From contig OZ250172.1 of NCBI GenBank assembly GCA_965237905.1, positions 512,001 through 576,000 of the forward strand: 64,000 nt of DNA. Reading direction: 5' to 3'. The notes under the pieces are model-generated. The model searched no databases and was not told where the DNA came from. It saw only the letters and a list, made by a program, of their open reading frames with translations. Source of the stretch: Nitrospinaceae bacterium (GTDB taxonomy: Bacteria > Nitrospinota > Nitrospinia > Nitrospinales > Nitrospinaceae). The position numbers were made by a program, and so were the translations under genes. Positions 9,556 through 20,351 of the stretch are shown here, in pieces; the first letter of the stretch is position 1; each line of letters begins with the position of its first letter.

Positions 9556-11112
9556 TCAGGATATCAATAAAGGAACCAGAAGCAGGATGGCTCCGGTGAC
9601 GAGGGCGGCGCCGAGGAAGTTGAGGATGAATCCGGCGCGGGACATCTGCGGCACGGTCACCCAGCCACTGCCGAACACGATGGCGTTGGGTGGCGTTGCC
9701 ACGGGCATCATGAATGCGAACGACGCGGAGATGGTCACCGGTACCATCAACAGGAGTGGATGCGTGTCCATCATCACGGCGGCACCGGCGATGACCGGCA
9801 GGATCATGGTCGCCGTCGCGGTGTTCGAGGTAAACTCGGTCAGAAACGTGATGCCCAGGCACAGTGTCAGGATAATCATCCAAATCGGCAGGGCCTGAAT
9901 GCCGGTCAACTGCTGGCCGATCCACATATCGAGCCCGGTACTTTTGAATCCGGCCGCCAGCGCGAATCCCCCGCCGAACAACAGCAATATCCCCCACGGC
10001 AGTTTTTCCTGAACGGTTTTCCAGTCGAGCGCGAAGTATTCCAATTTGCCGTCGCGCTCCATGCCGCGCGGATAGCCCAGCGGCACCAGCAGAAGCACCA
10101 GGCCCATGAACATGGCGACGGTGGAGTCGTGAATATGTCCGCCCCACGAAAACAGCGACGACCAGCCGGGAATCGTAATTGATCCCAGCTCAATCGGTTG
10201 GCGAAAAATCCACAACAGCGCCGTCATTAAAAAGATGATCGCGACAAATTTTTCGGCGCGATGCATCGGTCCCAGCGCCTCCAGTTCTTCCTCAATCAAA
10301 TCCCCCGTGCCGTTATGCACCTCGATATCGCGAATCGGCACACGGCTCACCCAGCGGCACAGATACAGCCAGACCAGCGGCAGAAAAATAAGTACGATCG
10401 GCAGAGCCACCACCATCCATTGTAGAAAAGTGATGTCCGGCTGGTCGGGAAAACTGTTTTTGTAGAATCCGGCAAACACGATATTGGGCGCCGTTCCGAT
10501 CAACGTGCCCACCCCGCCGATGCTGGCGGAATAGGCCAGGCCCAGCATCAGGGCCAGCCCGAAGTGATGCTCTACTTTGTGCCGGGTGGCGTCGGTCCGC
10601 TCGCCTTTGATACTGGCCTGCGAAGCGATTTGTTTGACCACGGCTATGGCCACCGGTAGCATCATCATGGTGGTGGCGGTGTTGGAGATCCACATCGACA
10701 AAAACGCGGTGGCCACCATGAATCCCAGAATGATGCGCGACGGACTGGTGCCGATGAACCGGATGATCACCAACGCGATCCGCTTATGGAAATTCCATTT
10801 CTCCATGGCGAGGGCGATCATGAATCCGCCCATGAACAGGAACACGAGGTGGTTGGTGTAATGCGGCGCGACGTCCTTGCTCGGTAGGATTCCGAGCAGT
10901 GGATACAAAATGAGAGGCATCAGGGAGGTTACGGCCAGCGGTACAGCCTCGCCGATCCACCAGAGGGCCATCAACACGGCGACGGCAGCCATCCTCTGGC
11001 CTTCGGGCGAAACTCCCTCCGGGGTCGGCATGACCAGCATCAGGGTAAACAGACCCAAACCGCCCACCAGTACGATGATTTTCTTTTTCAGAAGAAAGTG
11101 TAATTCGTTCAT
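9556..11112 (-). CDS. SLC13/DASS family Na+:dicarboxylate/sulfate symporter
   Basis: SMWISNTAT, GTLIGTAPN, TEFTSNTAT, FMMPVATPPNAI. Confidence 0.93.
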   Translation of the reverse strand: MNELHFLLKKKIIVLVGGLGLFTLMLVMPTPEGVSPEGQRMAAVAVLMALWWIGEAVPLAVTSLMPLILYPLLGILPSKDVAPHYTNHLVFLFMGGFMIALAMEKWNFHKRIALVIIRFIGTSPSRIILGFMVATAFLSMWISNTATTMMMLPVAIAVVKQIASQASIKGERTDATRHKVEHHFGLALMLGLAYSASIGGVGTLIGTAPNIVFAGFYKNSFPDQPDITFLQWMVVALPIVLIFLPLVWLYLCRWVSRVPIRDIEVHNGTGDLIEEELEALGPMHRAEKFVAIIFLMTALLWIFRQPIELGSITIPGWSSLFSWGGHIHDSTVAMFMGLVLLLVPLGYPRGMERDGKLEYFALDWKTVQEKLPWGILLLFGGGFALAAGFKSTGLDMWIGQQLTGIQALPIWMIILTLCLGITFLTEFTSNTATATMILPVIAGAAVMMDTHPLLLMVPVTISASFAFMMPVATPPNAIVFGSGWVTVPQMSRAGFILNFLGAALVTGAILLLVPLLIS

Positions 11113-11263
11113 TACCTAGCAGTGTACCCCAGCGCAACGCTGGAGCAAAAATTTTAAAAACGCATAAAACGAGCTTTGAAGGAAAATTGAAATAAACATT
11201 TAATTTTCCCTAAAAGGCCTTAAACTAAAAATATCTGCCCATAATTAATTTTTGGTTTCTGGA

Positions 11264-11839
11264 ATGACTATGCAAGAATTCTTTTACGCCAACTTTGAGC
11301 ATGTGTTGGCCTTCCTGGTTTTTATTTCAAGGTTGGCGGACATTGGCACGACCTATTTGGCCACACCCAACCTCAAACTGGAAGCTAATCCAATAGTTCG
11401 CAAATTCGGTTGGCCTTTTGTCTGGATCACTACTATCCCTTTATGCATGATTCCGTATTTCTGGACATCCGGTGCAATTATGATGATTGTCGCTTTTCTT
11501 CTGGTTGCTTACGCGAATAGTCGAGGGTTGTGGCTGGTTCGCGCTATCGGAGAAAAAAAATATCTCGAATTTATGATTTCCGCATCGGGTCAAGCCGAAC
11601 CTCGGCAAACCGTCGCTCTCCTCCTGATTCCCGGCCTGCTTATTGTGGTATTGGGAATTGTCGTGATGCTTTTTTACCCAAGCCCCTCAAAGGATTGGGG
11701 GTTCTATATTTCCATGGGAATATTTTCGTACGCCTTTATCATATTTCTCTATTCTCCCCTGTACTTTTTCAGATTGAGAAAACAGTATGAAAAAAATTCC
11801 CAAACCCATCCCCAATCCATGGAAGCCAATGCTGAGTGA
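11264..11839 (+). CDS. hypothetical integral membrane protein
   Basis: several TM segments, DxxTTY..LEANP motif; start uncertain (11264 or 11270). Confidence 0.7.
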   Translation: MTMQEFFYANFEHVLAFLVFISRLADIGTTYLATPNLKLEANPIVRKFGWPFVWITTIPLCMIPYFWTSGAIMMIVAFLLVAYANSRGLWLVRAIGEKKYLEFMISASGQAEPRQTVALLLIPGLLIVVLGIVVMLFYPSPSKDWGFYISMGIFSYAFIIFLYSPLYFFRLRKQYEKNSQTHPQSMEANAE

Positions 11840-11960
11840 GTAAGTTTTAGCAAATTTCTCCAGCCAGGCATCAGTTCCCTCTCGCAGGATGATCGAACCA
11901 CACCCCATTCAATTCCAGATGGAGCTTTGCCAGTCTAATTTTTCTTTGATGTGGCCGGGG

Positions 11961-12845
11961 TCAGGCGTGTTGGGCGAGAATTTTATCGAGGCCGGCGGTG
12001 GACACAATGTGCTTGTCCATGCCGATTTCTTCCGGACTGAATCCCAGTGCGAGGGCCACCAACTGCGGCAGGTGCAGGATGGGGATGGAATAATGCTTCT
12101 TTTGCATGCTTTCAATTTCGGGCTGATAGGAGTCGAGGCTGAGATGACACAAGGGGCAACCGGTGACCACGCAGTCCGCGTCGGCTTCCACCGCTTCGAT
12201 CAGGGCGTTGCCCGCCATCTCGTGCGACGCTTCCTTGTTCATCATGATGATGGGAAACCCACAGCACTTGATCCGGCTGGGATAATAAATCGGCGTGGCG
12301 CCGAGAATTTCAAACAGTTCTTCCAGTTCTTTCGGGTTGTCCGGGTCTTCGTATTCCGACAATTCTGAGGGACGCAACACATAGCACCCGTAAAATCCCG
12401 CCGTCTTGAGGCCGGTCAACGGACGCTTGATTTTTTCCTTGAGCAACGCCTTGCCCTCCGGCGTCGCCAGAATATTGGGAAAATGTTTGATCTTGATCTT
12501 GCCGCCCTGATACTGATGCCCGCCATCCTTGAGAACATGATTGATCTTGTCCTTGTACTCGGTATCGGAATCTATATGGCACTCCGACTTTTTCAAATTA
12601 CCCTGGCACGTCGAGCAGATGGTGATGATATCCAGGTTCTGTTCTTCCGCCAGCGCAAACGTGCGCGCGTTGATGGCATCGGTTAATACCGGATTCTTCT
12701 CAGAGATCACACCCGCACCACAGCAAGCGGCGCTCTTCATCTCGACGAAATCGATTCCGAGAGCCTCGGCGGATTTGATCGTAGCCAACATCAACTCACG
12801 TGTCGCTCCTCTAGCCACGCAACCGGTAAACAACGCAAACTTCAT
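11961..12845 (-). CDS. CCG-domain (HdrB-like) subunit of type-E succinate dehydrogenase/fumarate reductase
   Basis: FTGC, CCGAG, CSTC, FYGC, CCG, GCPLCH; operon with sdhAB. Confidence 0.9.
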   Translation of the reverse strand: MKFALFTGCVARGATRELMLATIKSAEALGIDFVEMKSAACCGAGVISEKNPVLTDAINARTFALAEEQNLDIITICSTCQGNLKKSECHIDSDTEYKDKINHVLKDGGHQYQGGKIKIKHFPNILATPEGKALLKEKIKRPLTGLKTAGFYGCYVLRPSELSEYEDPDNPKELEELFEILGATPIYYPSRIKCCGFPIIMMNKEASHEMAGNALIEAVEADADCVVTGCPLCHLSLDSYQPEIESMQKKHYSIPILHLPQLVALALGFSPEEIGMDKHIVSTAGLDKILAQHA

Positions 12846-13789
12846 TCGCCAAACTCCTCAAAAATTCGTTGTACATCCTTCGCATCGTCAATGGGCTTGT
12901 GAATGAGGGGCGGTATCTTCATCTTCAACAGCATTCGCAACCCGACGGGGACCAGATCCAGAAGCCCCTTGATGTTGAAATAACCCATCGACTCGATGGG
13001 AATCTTGCTTTCGTTCAAGCGGCCGCTGTGCTTCACCGACTTGACGAACGACAACGCGTGCCGGGCGCCGACGTTGTTGGTCACGCCTTCTTTCAGTCCC
13101 ACGGCCATCAACTCCTTGATACGGTAAAACGGTTCTGCCGGTTTGGGGCACCGTTCCACGCACTCCCCGCAGTGGGTGCAATCCCACATGCCGCCCGGCT
13201 TGCTCAATTCCTTGATGCGGTCGCGGGTGGCCTGATCGCGCGAATCGCCCACGAACCGTTGCGCCTTCGCCAGCGCCGCCGGTCCCAGAAATCTCTTGTC
13301 CACTTCCAGGACCTGGCAATCGGAATAACACGCGCCGCACATGATACAGGTGGTGGCATCGTCGATTTTCTTGAACTGATGGGGACTTTGTTCGCGCTCC
13401 TGCTCCGGCGACTTTTCTTTGTTCTGGAGATAAGGCTTCACCTGATCCACCTTGTCCCAGAACTGCTGGAAGTCGGTAACCAGATCTTTGATGACCGGCA
13501 TATTCCCCAGCGGTTCGATGGTGATAGTGTCGCTTCCGTCCTTCAAAAGATGCGCCGCCTGTTTCTGACAGGCCAGCATGGCATGTCCGTTACTTTTCAT
13601 CCCACAGGAACCGCAAATCGCGCTGCGGCAGGACATGCGATAGGTCAGCGTCCCGTCCATAGTCCACTTGATGTGGTTCAGGCAATCGAGTAACGTCGCG
13701 CCTTCGGGAAAGTCGTATTCGAATTCCTCGTAATACGACTCCTCCTGTTTTTCCGGGTTGTATCGCTTGATTCGAAACTTGGCCATCAA
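12842..13789 (-). CDS. sdhB: succinate dehydrogenase/fumarate reductase Fe-S subunit
   Basis: [33 protein letters not shown]. Confidence 0.93.
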   Translation of the reverse strand: MMAKFRIKRYNPEKQEESYYEEFEYDFPEGATLLDCLNHIKWTMDGTLTYRMSCRSAICGSCGMKSNGHAMLACQKQAAHLLKDGSDTITIEPLGNMPVIKDLVTDFQQFWDKVDQVKPYLQNKEKSPEQEREQSPHQFKKIDDATTCIMCGACYSDCQVLEVDKRFLGPAALAKAQRFVGDSRDQATRDRIKELSKPGGMWDCTHCGECVERCPKPAEPFYRIKELMAVGLKEGVTNNVGARHALSFVKSVKHSGRLNESKIPIESMGYFNIKGLLDLVPVGLRMLLKMKIPPLIHKPIDDAKDVQRIFEEFGE

Positions 13790-15495
13790 TACGTTCTTTC
13801 TTTAGGTTGATACCGGGTGATCACTACCGGCCGATGCTTCAACTCTAACCCACCCTCTTTGGAATACACCAGCGTATGTTTCAAAAAGTCCTGGTCGTCG
13901 CGTTTGGGAAAATCAGTGCGGTAATGACCCCCCCGGCTTTCCGTCCGCGCCAACGCGGCGGTCGCAATGATCTCCGCTATCTCCAGCATGTTGCCCAACT
14001 CGATGATCTCATACACTTCCGTGTTGAACAATTGGCCCTTATCCGTTACCTTGCCTTTTTTGCAACGTTCCTTCAAGCCTTGAATAGTAGCCACACAGGA
14101 TTTCAAATTGTCTGCGTCACGGAACACCCCGCACTTTTCCATCATTACTTCCTTCATCTCGTTGCGGATATCGTTGTAGCTCTCCGAGCCATCCCGTTGA
14201 AAAATCTCCTCGATTTGATTCAACACCCGGGCTTTTTCGTGGCTCTCGTTGATCTTGCCAAACTCCGCATTTCTTGCATATTCCAGCGCCGACCTCCCGG
14301 TGCGTTCTCCGAACACCGTGGCTTCCAACAACGAGTTGGTGCCCAAACGGTTGGCCCCGTGCACCGAAACGCAGGCGCATTCACCCGCCGCGAAAAACCC
14401 CTTCATCGGCGTCCCGTTGCCATCGATCACCACCTGGCCATGCATATCGGTGGGGATGCCGCCCATCGAATAATGCGCGGAAGGTTGGATTGGTAGAGGC
14501 TCCTTCACGCAGTCGACCCCGATAAAGTCGATCCCCAACTGGCGAATCTGCGGCAGACGTTCCATGATCCGCGCTTCTCCTAAGTGACGCAGATCGAGGT
14601 GGATGCACGCTTCCCCGTTAACGCCGCGTCCGGCATCGATTTCGCTCTGCTCGGCCCGCGCCACGATGTCACGCGGCGCCAGTTCCATCCGCGACGGCGC
14701 GTATTGTTCCATGAACCGATCCCCCGCGCCGTTCAGCAGGTAACCACCCTCGCCTCGTGCCGCTTCGGAAAACAAAATCCCCTGACGGTACAGACCCGAG
14801 GGATGAAACTGCACGAACTCCGGATCTTCCAGCGGTATGCCGGCATGAAATGCCGCCATCGCTCCGTCCGCCGTGCTGGCAAATGCGTTGGTGGTGATTT
14901 TAAAGACCCGCCCGTACCCGCCAGTGGCAAAGATCACCGCTTTGGCGTGAATCACTTCCACTTCGCCGGTACGGATGTTGCTCACCACCACGCCGCTACA
15001 GCGGCCTTCTTCGATCACCAGCTGGTGCATGTACCATTCGGAATATATTTTGATGGCCTTGGCGTTCTTCAATACCTGTTCATGCAGAGCATGGAGAATA
15101 GCGTGACCGGTGCGGTCGGCGGAAAAACAGGCGCGCGGTTTGGAATGACCGCCAAAACTGCGCTGGGCGATTTTACCGTCCTCGGTGCGGCTGAAAACGC
15201 AACCCATGTGCTCCAGTTCATAGATCACCCGGGGCGCGGCCTTGACGTATTCCTCCACCGCGTCCTGATCGGACAGGTAATCGCCACCCTTGACGGTATC
15301 GAACATGTGCTCTTCCCAGCTGTCGTCTTCGGAGTTGCCGAGGGCGGCGGCGATGCCTCCCTGCGCCGCACCACTGTGCGACCGTGACGGATACACCTTG
15401 GTCAGCAGGCCGACATCCAGATCCTTGCACACCTCCAAAGCGGCACGCATCCCTGCCAGGCCCGCACCTACAATTAAGACGTCATGTTTGATCAA
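13786..15495 (-). CDS. sdhA: succinate dehydrogenase/fumarate reductase flavoprotein
   Basis: [39 protein letters not shown]. Confidence 0.95.
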   Translation of the reverse strand: MIKHDVLIVGAGLAGMRAALEVCKDLDVGLLTKVYPSRSHSGAAQGGIAAALGNSEDDSWEEHMFDTVKGGDYLSDQDAVEEYVKAAPRVIYELEHMGCVFSRTEDGKIAQRSFGGHSKPRACFSADRTGHAILHALHEQVLKNAKAIKIYSEWYMHQLVIEEGRCSGVVVSNIRTGEVEVIHAKAVIFATGGYGRVFKITTNAFASTADGAMAAFHAGIPLEDPEFVQFHPSGLYRQGILFSEAARGEGGYLLNGAGDRFMEQYAPSRMELAPRDIVARAEQSEIDAGRGVNGEACIHLDLRHLGEARIMERLPQIRQLGIDFIGVDCVKEPLPIQPSAHYSMGGIPTDMHGQVVIDGNGTPMKGFFAAGECACVSVHGANRLGTNSLLEATVFGERTGRSALEYARNAEFGKINESHEKARVLNQIEEIFQRDGSESYNDIRNEMKEVMMEKCGVFRDADNLKSCVATIQGLKERCKKGKVTDKGQLFNTEVYEIIELGNMLEIAEIIATAALARTESRGGHYRTDFPKRDDQDFLKHTLVYSKEGGLELKHRPVVITRYQPKERTY

Positions 15496-15714
15496 AACCG
15501 CTACCTCCTAGTGACTCGTTTACCCTCGTCCCTTTGAACCTTATCCAGTGGAGGAAAAACTCCTTAAACACATAAGTTACAAATGATTACTGAAAAAGAG
15601 TTCGGGATTGGCCTGAGGCGAGTGCTCACAACGAATATCAGGAAAGTTTCAAAAATTGAGCCGGTATTGAACCACCTTGAGCCATGCAATGTCAAGAAAA
15701 ATGAAGATTTACGG

Positions 15715-15742
15715 TTGAAACCCCCCTCGCCTGGTATATACT
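15715..15742 (+). promoter_or_regulatory. candidate sigma70 promoter for the helicase gene
   Basis: TTGAAA-16 nt-TATACT. Confidence 0.4.
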
Positions 15743-15868
15743 GATGCTCAATTGGGAAAAATCTCAACGAGTTAATCCGCCAAACCAACCCTCATATGGA
15801 GTATCACACCGTCACCCGGTTCACCCCAATCCGCCTGCCCTGAACCGGAGCGCCTGTCAATCACACGC

Positions 15869-17242
15869 ATGGAATCAGAAACAATCGAATCAGAAATCAT
15901 TGAATTTGAAAGCCTCCCCATCCCTGAGCCGGTACTGCAGGGTATTCGGGATGCCGGATTTAAAGAGTGCACTCCCATTCAAGCCAAAACCCTGCCCATT
16001 TCGCTGTCCGGAAAAGATGTCGCTGGCCAGGCACAGACCGGAACCGGTAAAACCGCCGCGTTTCTGATCTCGACGTTCACACGCCTGGTCAATCACGAAG
16101 CAATGCCGCAGAAAGGCAAACAAAAGGTGGCACCGCGCTCGCTGATTATCGCCCCCACCCGTGAACTGGCCCTGCAGATCGAACGCGACGCATTACTGCT
16201 CGGCAAACATTGCGGACTGAAAATTCTCTGCGTCTATGGCGGGGTCGACTACGAAAAGCAAAAGGACGCCATCAAAAAAGGGATCGATGTTCTTATCGCG
16301 ACGCCGGGGCGGCTGATTGACTATTACAAACAGAAGCTCTTCAGCCTGAAATCGGTTGAAGTGATGGTGATTGATGAAGCCGACCGCCTGTTCGACATGG
16401 GCTTCATCGCCGACGTACGCTATATCCTGCGCAATATTTCACCGTATCAAAAACGCCAATCCATGCTGTTCTCGGCAACTCTCAACTTCCGCGTCATGGA
16501 ACTGTGTTACGAACACATGAACGAACCGGTTCCCGTCAAGATCGAACCGGACAAGATCGTGGTCGATCAGGTCACACAGGTGCTGTACCACGTCGGCAAG
16601 AACGAAAAGCTCAAACTCCTGCTGGGCCTCCTGAAAAGCGAGACGCCGGGCAAAACGCTGATCTTCACCAATATGAAATCCACCGCCGAACGATTGGAAT
16701 CTCAACTCAAATACAACGATTACAACGCGCAGCAGATCAGCGGCGACCTGCCTCAGAAAAAACGCATCAAGGTACTGGAACAGTTCACCGAAGGCGAGAT
16801 CGACATCCTCATCGCCACCGACGTGGCCTCACGCGGACTGCATATCGACGACATCACCCACGTCATCAACTACGACGTACCGCAGGACCCGGAAGACTAC
16901 ATCCACCGTATCGGTCGAACGGCGCGCGCCGGACGTGATGGCGACGCCATCACCTTCGCCTGCGAAGACTACGCCGAGCACCTGATGGCGATCGAAGAAA
17001 CCCTGAAAAAGAAAATCCCGGTCGATTGGCCGAAAGACGAAATGTTTCTGGAACCGAAGGCAGGCATGCCGGTCTATAAAAGACGGCGGCCGAGTGGTCC
17101 CCCGACACGAGGCGGGAACAGCCGCGGAGCTCCCTCCAACGGCAGACGCCCGAGCGGAGGCGGCGGTCAATCTCGCGGCCGCAGACCCAAACCCGGCGGC
17201 TCCAGTTCCGCCAACCGACGACGACGCCCCGGCCAGAGATAA
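15869..17242 (+). CDS. DEAD-box RNA helicase (RhlB-like)
   Basis: AQTGTGKT, PTRELA, TPGRL, DEAD, SAT, HRIGRTAR; R/G-rich tail. Confidence 0.95.
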   Translation: MESETIESEIIEFESLPIPEPVLQGIRDAGFKECTPIQAKTLPISLSGKDVAGQAQTGTGKTAAFLISTFTRLVNHEAMPQKGKQKVAPRSLIIAPTRELALQIERDALLLGKHCGLKILCVYGGVDYEKQKDAIKKGIDVLIATPGRLIDYYKQKLFSLKSVEVMVIDEADRLFDMGFIADVRYILRNISPYQKRQSMLFSATLNFRVMELCYEHMNEPVPVKIEPDKIVVDQVTQVLYHVGKNEKLKLLLGLLKSETPGKTLIFTNMKSTAERLESQLKYNDYNAQQISGDLPQKKRIKVLEQFTEGEIDILIATDVASRGLHIDDITHVINYDVPQDPEDYIHRIGRTARAGRDGDAITFACEDYAEHLMAIEETLKKKIPVDWPKDEMFLEPKAGMPVYKRRRPSGPPTRGGNSRGAPSNGRRPSGGGGQSRGRRPKPGGSSSANRRRRPGQR

Positions 17243-17280
17243 AGCACCCCCTCCCCCCGCAATAAATATACTCCCCTACC

Positions 17281-17309
17281 TGTCATCCTGAGCCTGTCGA
17301 AGGGCGACA
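17281..17309. repeat. REP-like palindromic element
   Basis: tgtcatcctgagcctgtcgaagggcgaca, imperfect hairpin after the helicase stop. Confidence 0.5.
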
Positions 17310-17365
17310 AAATAAATTAACCACAAAGAAATAAAAAAGCTCCTTTGTGATGGAAAGTTATTGAA

Positions 17366-17446
17366 TTAGCTTCTGAAGCCTTGTTCGTTGAGGATAGGAA
17401 TACCCAGTTTCTGGGCTTGGGTGGGTTGGCTTGCGGGGTCGGTACG
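17366..17446 (-). pseudogene. degenerate duplicate of the ligA 3' end (BRCT tail)
   Basis: reads RTDPASQPTQAQKLGIPILNEQGFRS* vs Lig[31 protein letters not shown]; 17384-17442 matches 22120-22178 at 47/59 nt. Confidence 0.8.
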
Positions 17447-17448
17447 GG

Positions 17449-17751
17449 TCAGTTATTTTTTTCGATGATCTGCTTCATTCTTTCTTTTGAATCCGGCTTC
17501 AGGGAGGCCTCAGGAGCCGTGTCGGAAACCTCTTTGTCCAGGCCTCGAGTCATTTTCCTGAGGGTTTCCAACTGAGCCCTATATTTCCTGCAATATTTAC
17601 ACAAGACCAGGTGGAATCCCATTCGCCAGCGCTTGAAAACAGGAAGATTGTGATCCATATTTTCGGAAACAAGCTCTGTCGTATCCTTACATTTGGACAA
17701 CGTCAAATCCAGGATAACGTCTCTTAATTTTTCTATGAAGGAAACCGCCAA
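17449..17751 (-). CDS. zinc-finger (zf-HC2) anti-sigma factor
   Basis: C..HLVLCKYC (HxxxCxxC); abuts the ECF sigma gene. Confidence 0.88.
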   Translation of the reverse strand: MAVSFIEKLRDVILDLTLSKCKDTTELVSENMDHNLPVFKRWRMGFHLVLCKYCRKYRAQLETLRKMTRGLDKEVSDTAPEASLKPDSKERMKQIIEKNN

Positions 17752-18321
17752 TTAATGATTCTCCGGTAAATGAACTTCGATACACTTTTTGAGATGATTC
17801 CGTGCCCGGTGAAGCATAACCCAAAGATTACTGGGAGTAATATCCAATTCTGAACACAGGGTTTCGGAATCGTATCCTTCAACTTCCCGAAGGACATAGA
17901 ATTGGCGAAGCTTGGGAGACAGGGTATCCATGCATCCTGAAAAAATTTGAAGAAGCTCCTTGTCAGCAACGGCTTTCTCAGGATCAATCCCCCAATGGGA
18001 AGAGAAGGACTGCCAATGTCCTTTGCCGTCAAAATCCGATTCACAAGGATCATGGTAGTCTTCCAGGCTCAGGCCGTACTTTTGATTTTTCTTTTTCTCC
18101 CGATAATGATCCATGATTTTGTTCTTCATGATACCAAAGAGCCCTGTTTTCTCTGAAGATAGTGCGGCAAACGAATCTTGCGCCTTCAACGCCGCCAGAA
18201 AAGTATTCTGAACAATATCCTCGGCATGCTCTTCATCATTGACCCGGAGCAGGGCAAACCGGAACATGCAGTCACTGTACCGTTCCACCCACTGGTGCGA
18301 GTTAATAGTCTCTCGATTCAT
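17752..18321 (-). CDS. ECF RNA polymerase sigma factor
   Basis: AEDIVQNTFL, KIMDHYR, LREVEGY, NLWVMLHRAR; start set at MNRETI. Confidence 0.9.
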   Translation of the reverse strand: MNRETINSHQWVERYSDCMFRFALLRVNDEEHAEDIVQNTFLAALKAQDSFAALSSEKTGLFGIMKNKIMDHYREKKKNQKYGLSLEDYHDPCESDFDGKGHWQSFSSHWGIDPEKAVADKELLQIFSGCMDTLSPKLRQFYVLREVEGYDSETLCSELDITPSNLWVMLHRARNHLKKCIEVHLPENH

Positions 18322-18649
18322 TTTCACTTTTAATCCCCCTCCCAAGGGCAAACGAAACTGATCATGTATGAAGTAACGGACTATTTAAACGATTGCGTGA
18401 ATTATAGACCTAAATCCTCTAATTCACAGGATTTTTGATAGCGACGCGGTCCCGGGGGAGGTTCATCATTCCAAACTGTACTTCATTAAAAAACCCCGCA
18501 GTGATGGGCACCAAGGTTTCCAGGTAGAATCTCTTTATTATTGGTGAGTTAGTGTTGTTGCGTTGGGTCCACCTCCCTCCCTTTTCCCGAGCCCTACCAG
18601 GATTTTGAGAAATTCGTTTCATACCTCCAGAAAGTTTTCGGCGCCGATT

Positions 18650-18678
18650 TGTAAGGATCAGAACCTCTCCTCCACTAA
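18650..18678 (+). promoter_or_regulatory. candidate ECF-type promoter for the globin-P460 cluster
   Basis: TGTAAGG...TCCACTAA ~65 nt upstream of the globin ATG; resemblance only. Confidence 0.3.
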
Positions 18679-18741
18679 TGCTCAACGCACGTTGAACAAT
18701 GACATTCCATTTTTCAATTTTAAATTCTGAGGGGGAAAATC

Positions 18742-19224
18742 ATGAATCTTAAAATAACCGAGCGAATGCATAGAGATACGAATTACCTGACCGCAGGCCT
18801 CGTCATGATGCTGATGTTGTGCATTACAGCATTCAGCATGCCGTCCACGGCCAGCGCTAAGGAGAAGTCCTTATACCAACGCCTCGGTGGCTACGACGCT
18901 ATTAGTGCTGTGGTTAATGAATTTGCCGATCGTCTTTTTGCGGACAAGAAGCTTGACCGCTTTTTTGGCGCTTTGAGTACGGACTCGCAGGTCAAATTCA
19001 AGCAATTTAATACCACGCTTGTCTGCGCGGTTACCGGAGGGCCCTGCACATATCTGGGACGTTCGATGACGACTGCGCATGAGGGCATGGGTGTGGATAA
19101 CACCAACTTCAATATTGTCGCAGGCCATTTAGCGGCCACGCTCGACAAATTTAAAGTTCCAGCCGCTGAGAAGAAAGAGCTTCTGGATATTATTGGGTCT
19201 CTGCGAAGCGCGATTGTAGAGTAG
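18742..19224 (+). CDS. group I truncated haemoglobin with N-terminal signal peptide
   Basis: SLYQRLGG, AVTGGPCTYLGRSM, proximal His in TAHEGM; hydrophobic leader ending ASA. Confidence 0.9.
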   Translation: MNLKITERMHRDTNYLTAGLVMMLMLCITAFSMPSTASAKEKSLYQRLGGYDAISAVVNEFADRLFADKKLDRFFGALSTDSQVKFKQFNTTLVCAVTGGPCTYLGRSMTTAHEGMGVDNTNFNIVAGHLAATLDKFKVPAAEKKELLDIIGSLRSAIVE

Positions 19225-19257
19225 AAAAAATAAATTTTAAAAGTGAGGAGAAAAATC

Positions 19258-19863
19258 ATGAACCTGAAAATAGCCAATCGAATCGGTTTTTTCCTGGGCG
19301 TTACCGCATTGGCGGTTGTCGCCTCCGGGATATATATTTCCAATACAATGGCCGCGGAAAAGATATCGCGGCATTACAAATTCGACGGAGCGGGGAAGCT
19401 GGTTCAGCCCACGGGTTATCGGCAGTGGGTTTTTGTGGGGTCGCCATTGACTCCCAATGACATGAATGACGGAAAGGCGGCCTTCCCCGAGTTCCATCAT
19501 GTGTACATTCATCCCGATGCCTTCGCGGTTTACAAGCGCACCGGAGCATTCCCGGACGGGACCATTCTTGTCAAGGAACTGCTGAGCGTTGGCAAAAAAC
19601 AAGCTCCCAGCGGCAAGGGGTATTTCAACGGTGATTTTATCGGTTTGGAAGCCACGATCAAGGATACCAAGCGATTCAAGAAGGAACCGGGGCACTGGGC
19701 TTATTTCAGTTTCACCACACCGATAGGACAGCCGCATAAAAAGAGCGCAAAGGCATTTTCAAAAACCAAATGCAACTTCTGTCACCAGGCGTTTGCGAAA
19801 GATGATTGGGTATTCACACAATACTATCCGGTCCTCCGTGCCGCCAAGCCGGGACGAAAATAA
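19258..19863 (+). CDS. cytochrome P460 family protein
   Basis: YRQWVFVG, TPNDMNDGKA, GTILVKEL, GYFNGDFIGLEA, C-terminal CNFCH, FTQYYPVL; RBS GAGGAG. Confidence 0.92.
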   Translation: MNLKIANRIGFFLGVTALAVVASGIYISNTMAAEKISRHYKFDGAGKLVQPTGYRQWVFVGSPLTPNDMNDGKAAFPEFHHVYIHPDAFAVYKRTGAFPDGTILVKELLSVGKKQAPSGKGYFNGDFIGLEATIKDTKRFKKEPGHWAYFSFTTPIGQPHKKSAKAFSKTKCNFCHQAFAKDDWVFTQYYPVLRAAKPGRK

Positions 19864-19922
19864 TAATTCATGATCGAATTTTTCAAAGAATCCGAAACGT
19901 TTTCAAATAAGGGGAAAACACC

Positions 19923-20312
19923 ATGAAAAAAATATTAATCACGATGGTTGCAATTCATTTCATGTGGGCAGGATGGGCCCTGGCGGATAGCGGAATCGCA
20001 GAAACGCATCGAGACGCCATTCAAACCGCAATGGCCAACCACATTAAAGACGTTTCACAAAAAAACGGCAACGGCATGTTCCCCATATATGACCCGGGCC
20101 AAAGGACAGTCGTTCAATTAAAGTTTGACCGGTTTCACGATAGCGTCGAGATCAAGGGAAGAAAGTATCCCTACTTCATCAGTTGTGCTGACTTTACAGA
20201 TACGAACGGGGTTAAATATGACCTGGATTTTCTGGTTTCAAAAAATCATGCAGTGGTGGCCGTATTGATCCATGCCATAAACAATAAAAAAACCAAGTAT
20301 GATATTCATTAG
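19923..20312 (+). CDS. hypothetical exported protein
   Basis: signal peptide ending ALA; RBS; co-oriented within the cluster. Confidence 0.75.
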   Translation: MKKILITMVAIHFMWAGWALADSGIAETHRDAIQTAMANHIKDVSQKNGNGMFPIYDPGQRTVVQLKFDRFHDSVEIKGRKYPYFISCADFTDTNGVKYDLDFLVSKNHAVVAVLIHAINNKKTKYDIH

Positions 20313-20351
20313 TAGAAAAGTGGATGGAGAAGCTTAGAAAGGAATGATTGA

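Noticed and set aside
18419..18685. 88-aa ORF in ECF-globin intergenic region
   Set aside because: No RBS or motif; overlaps the likely divergent promoter region
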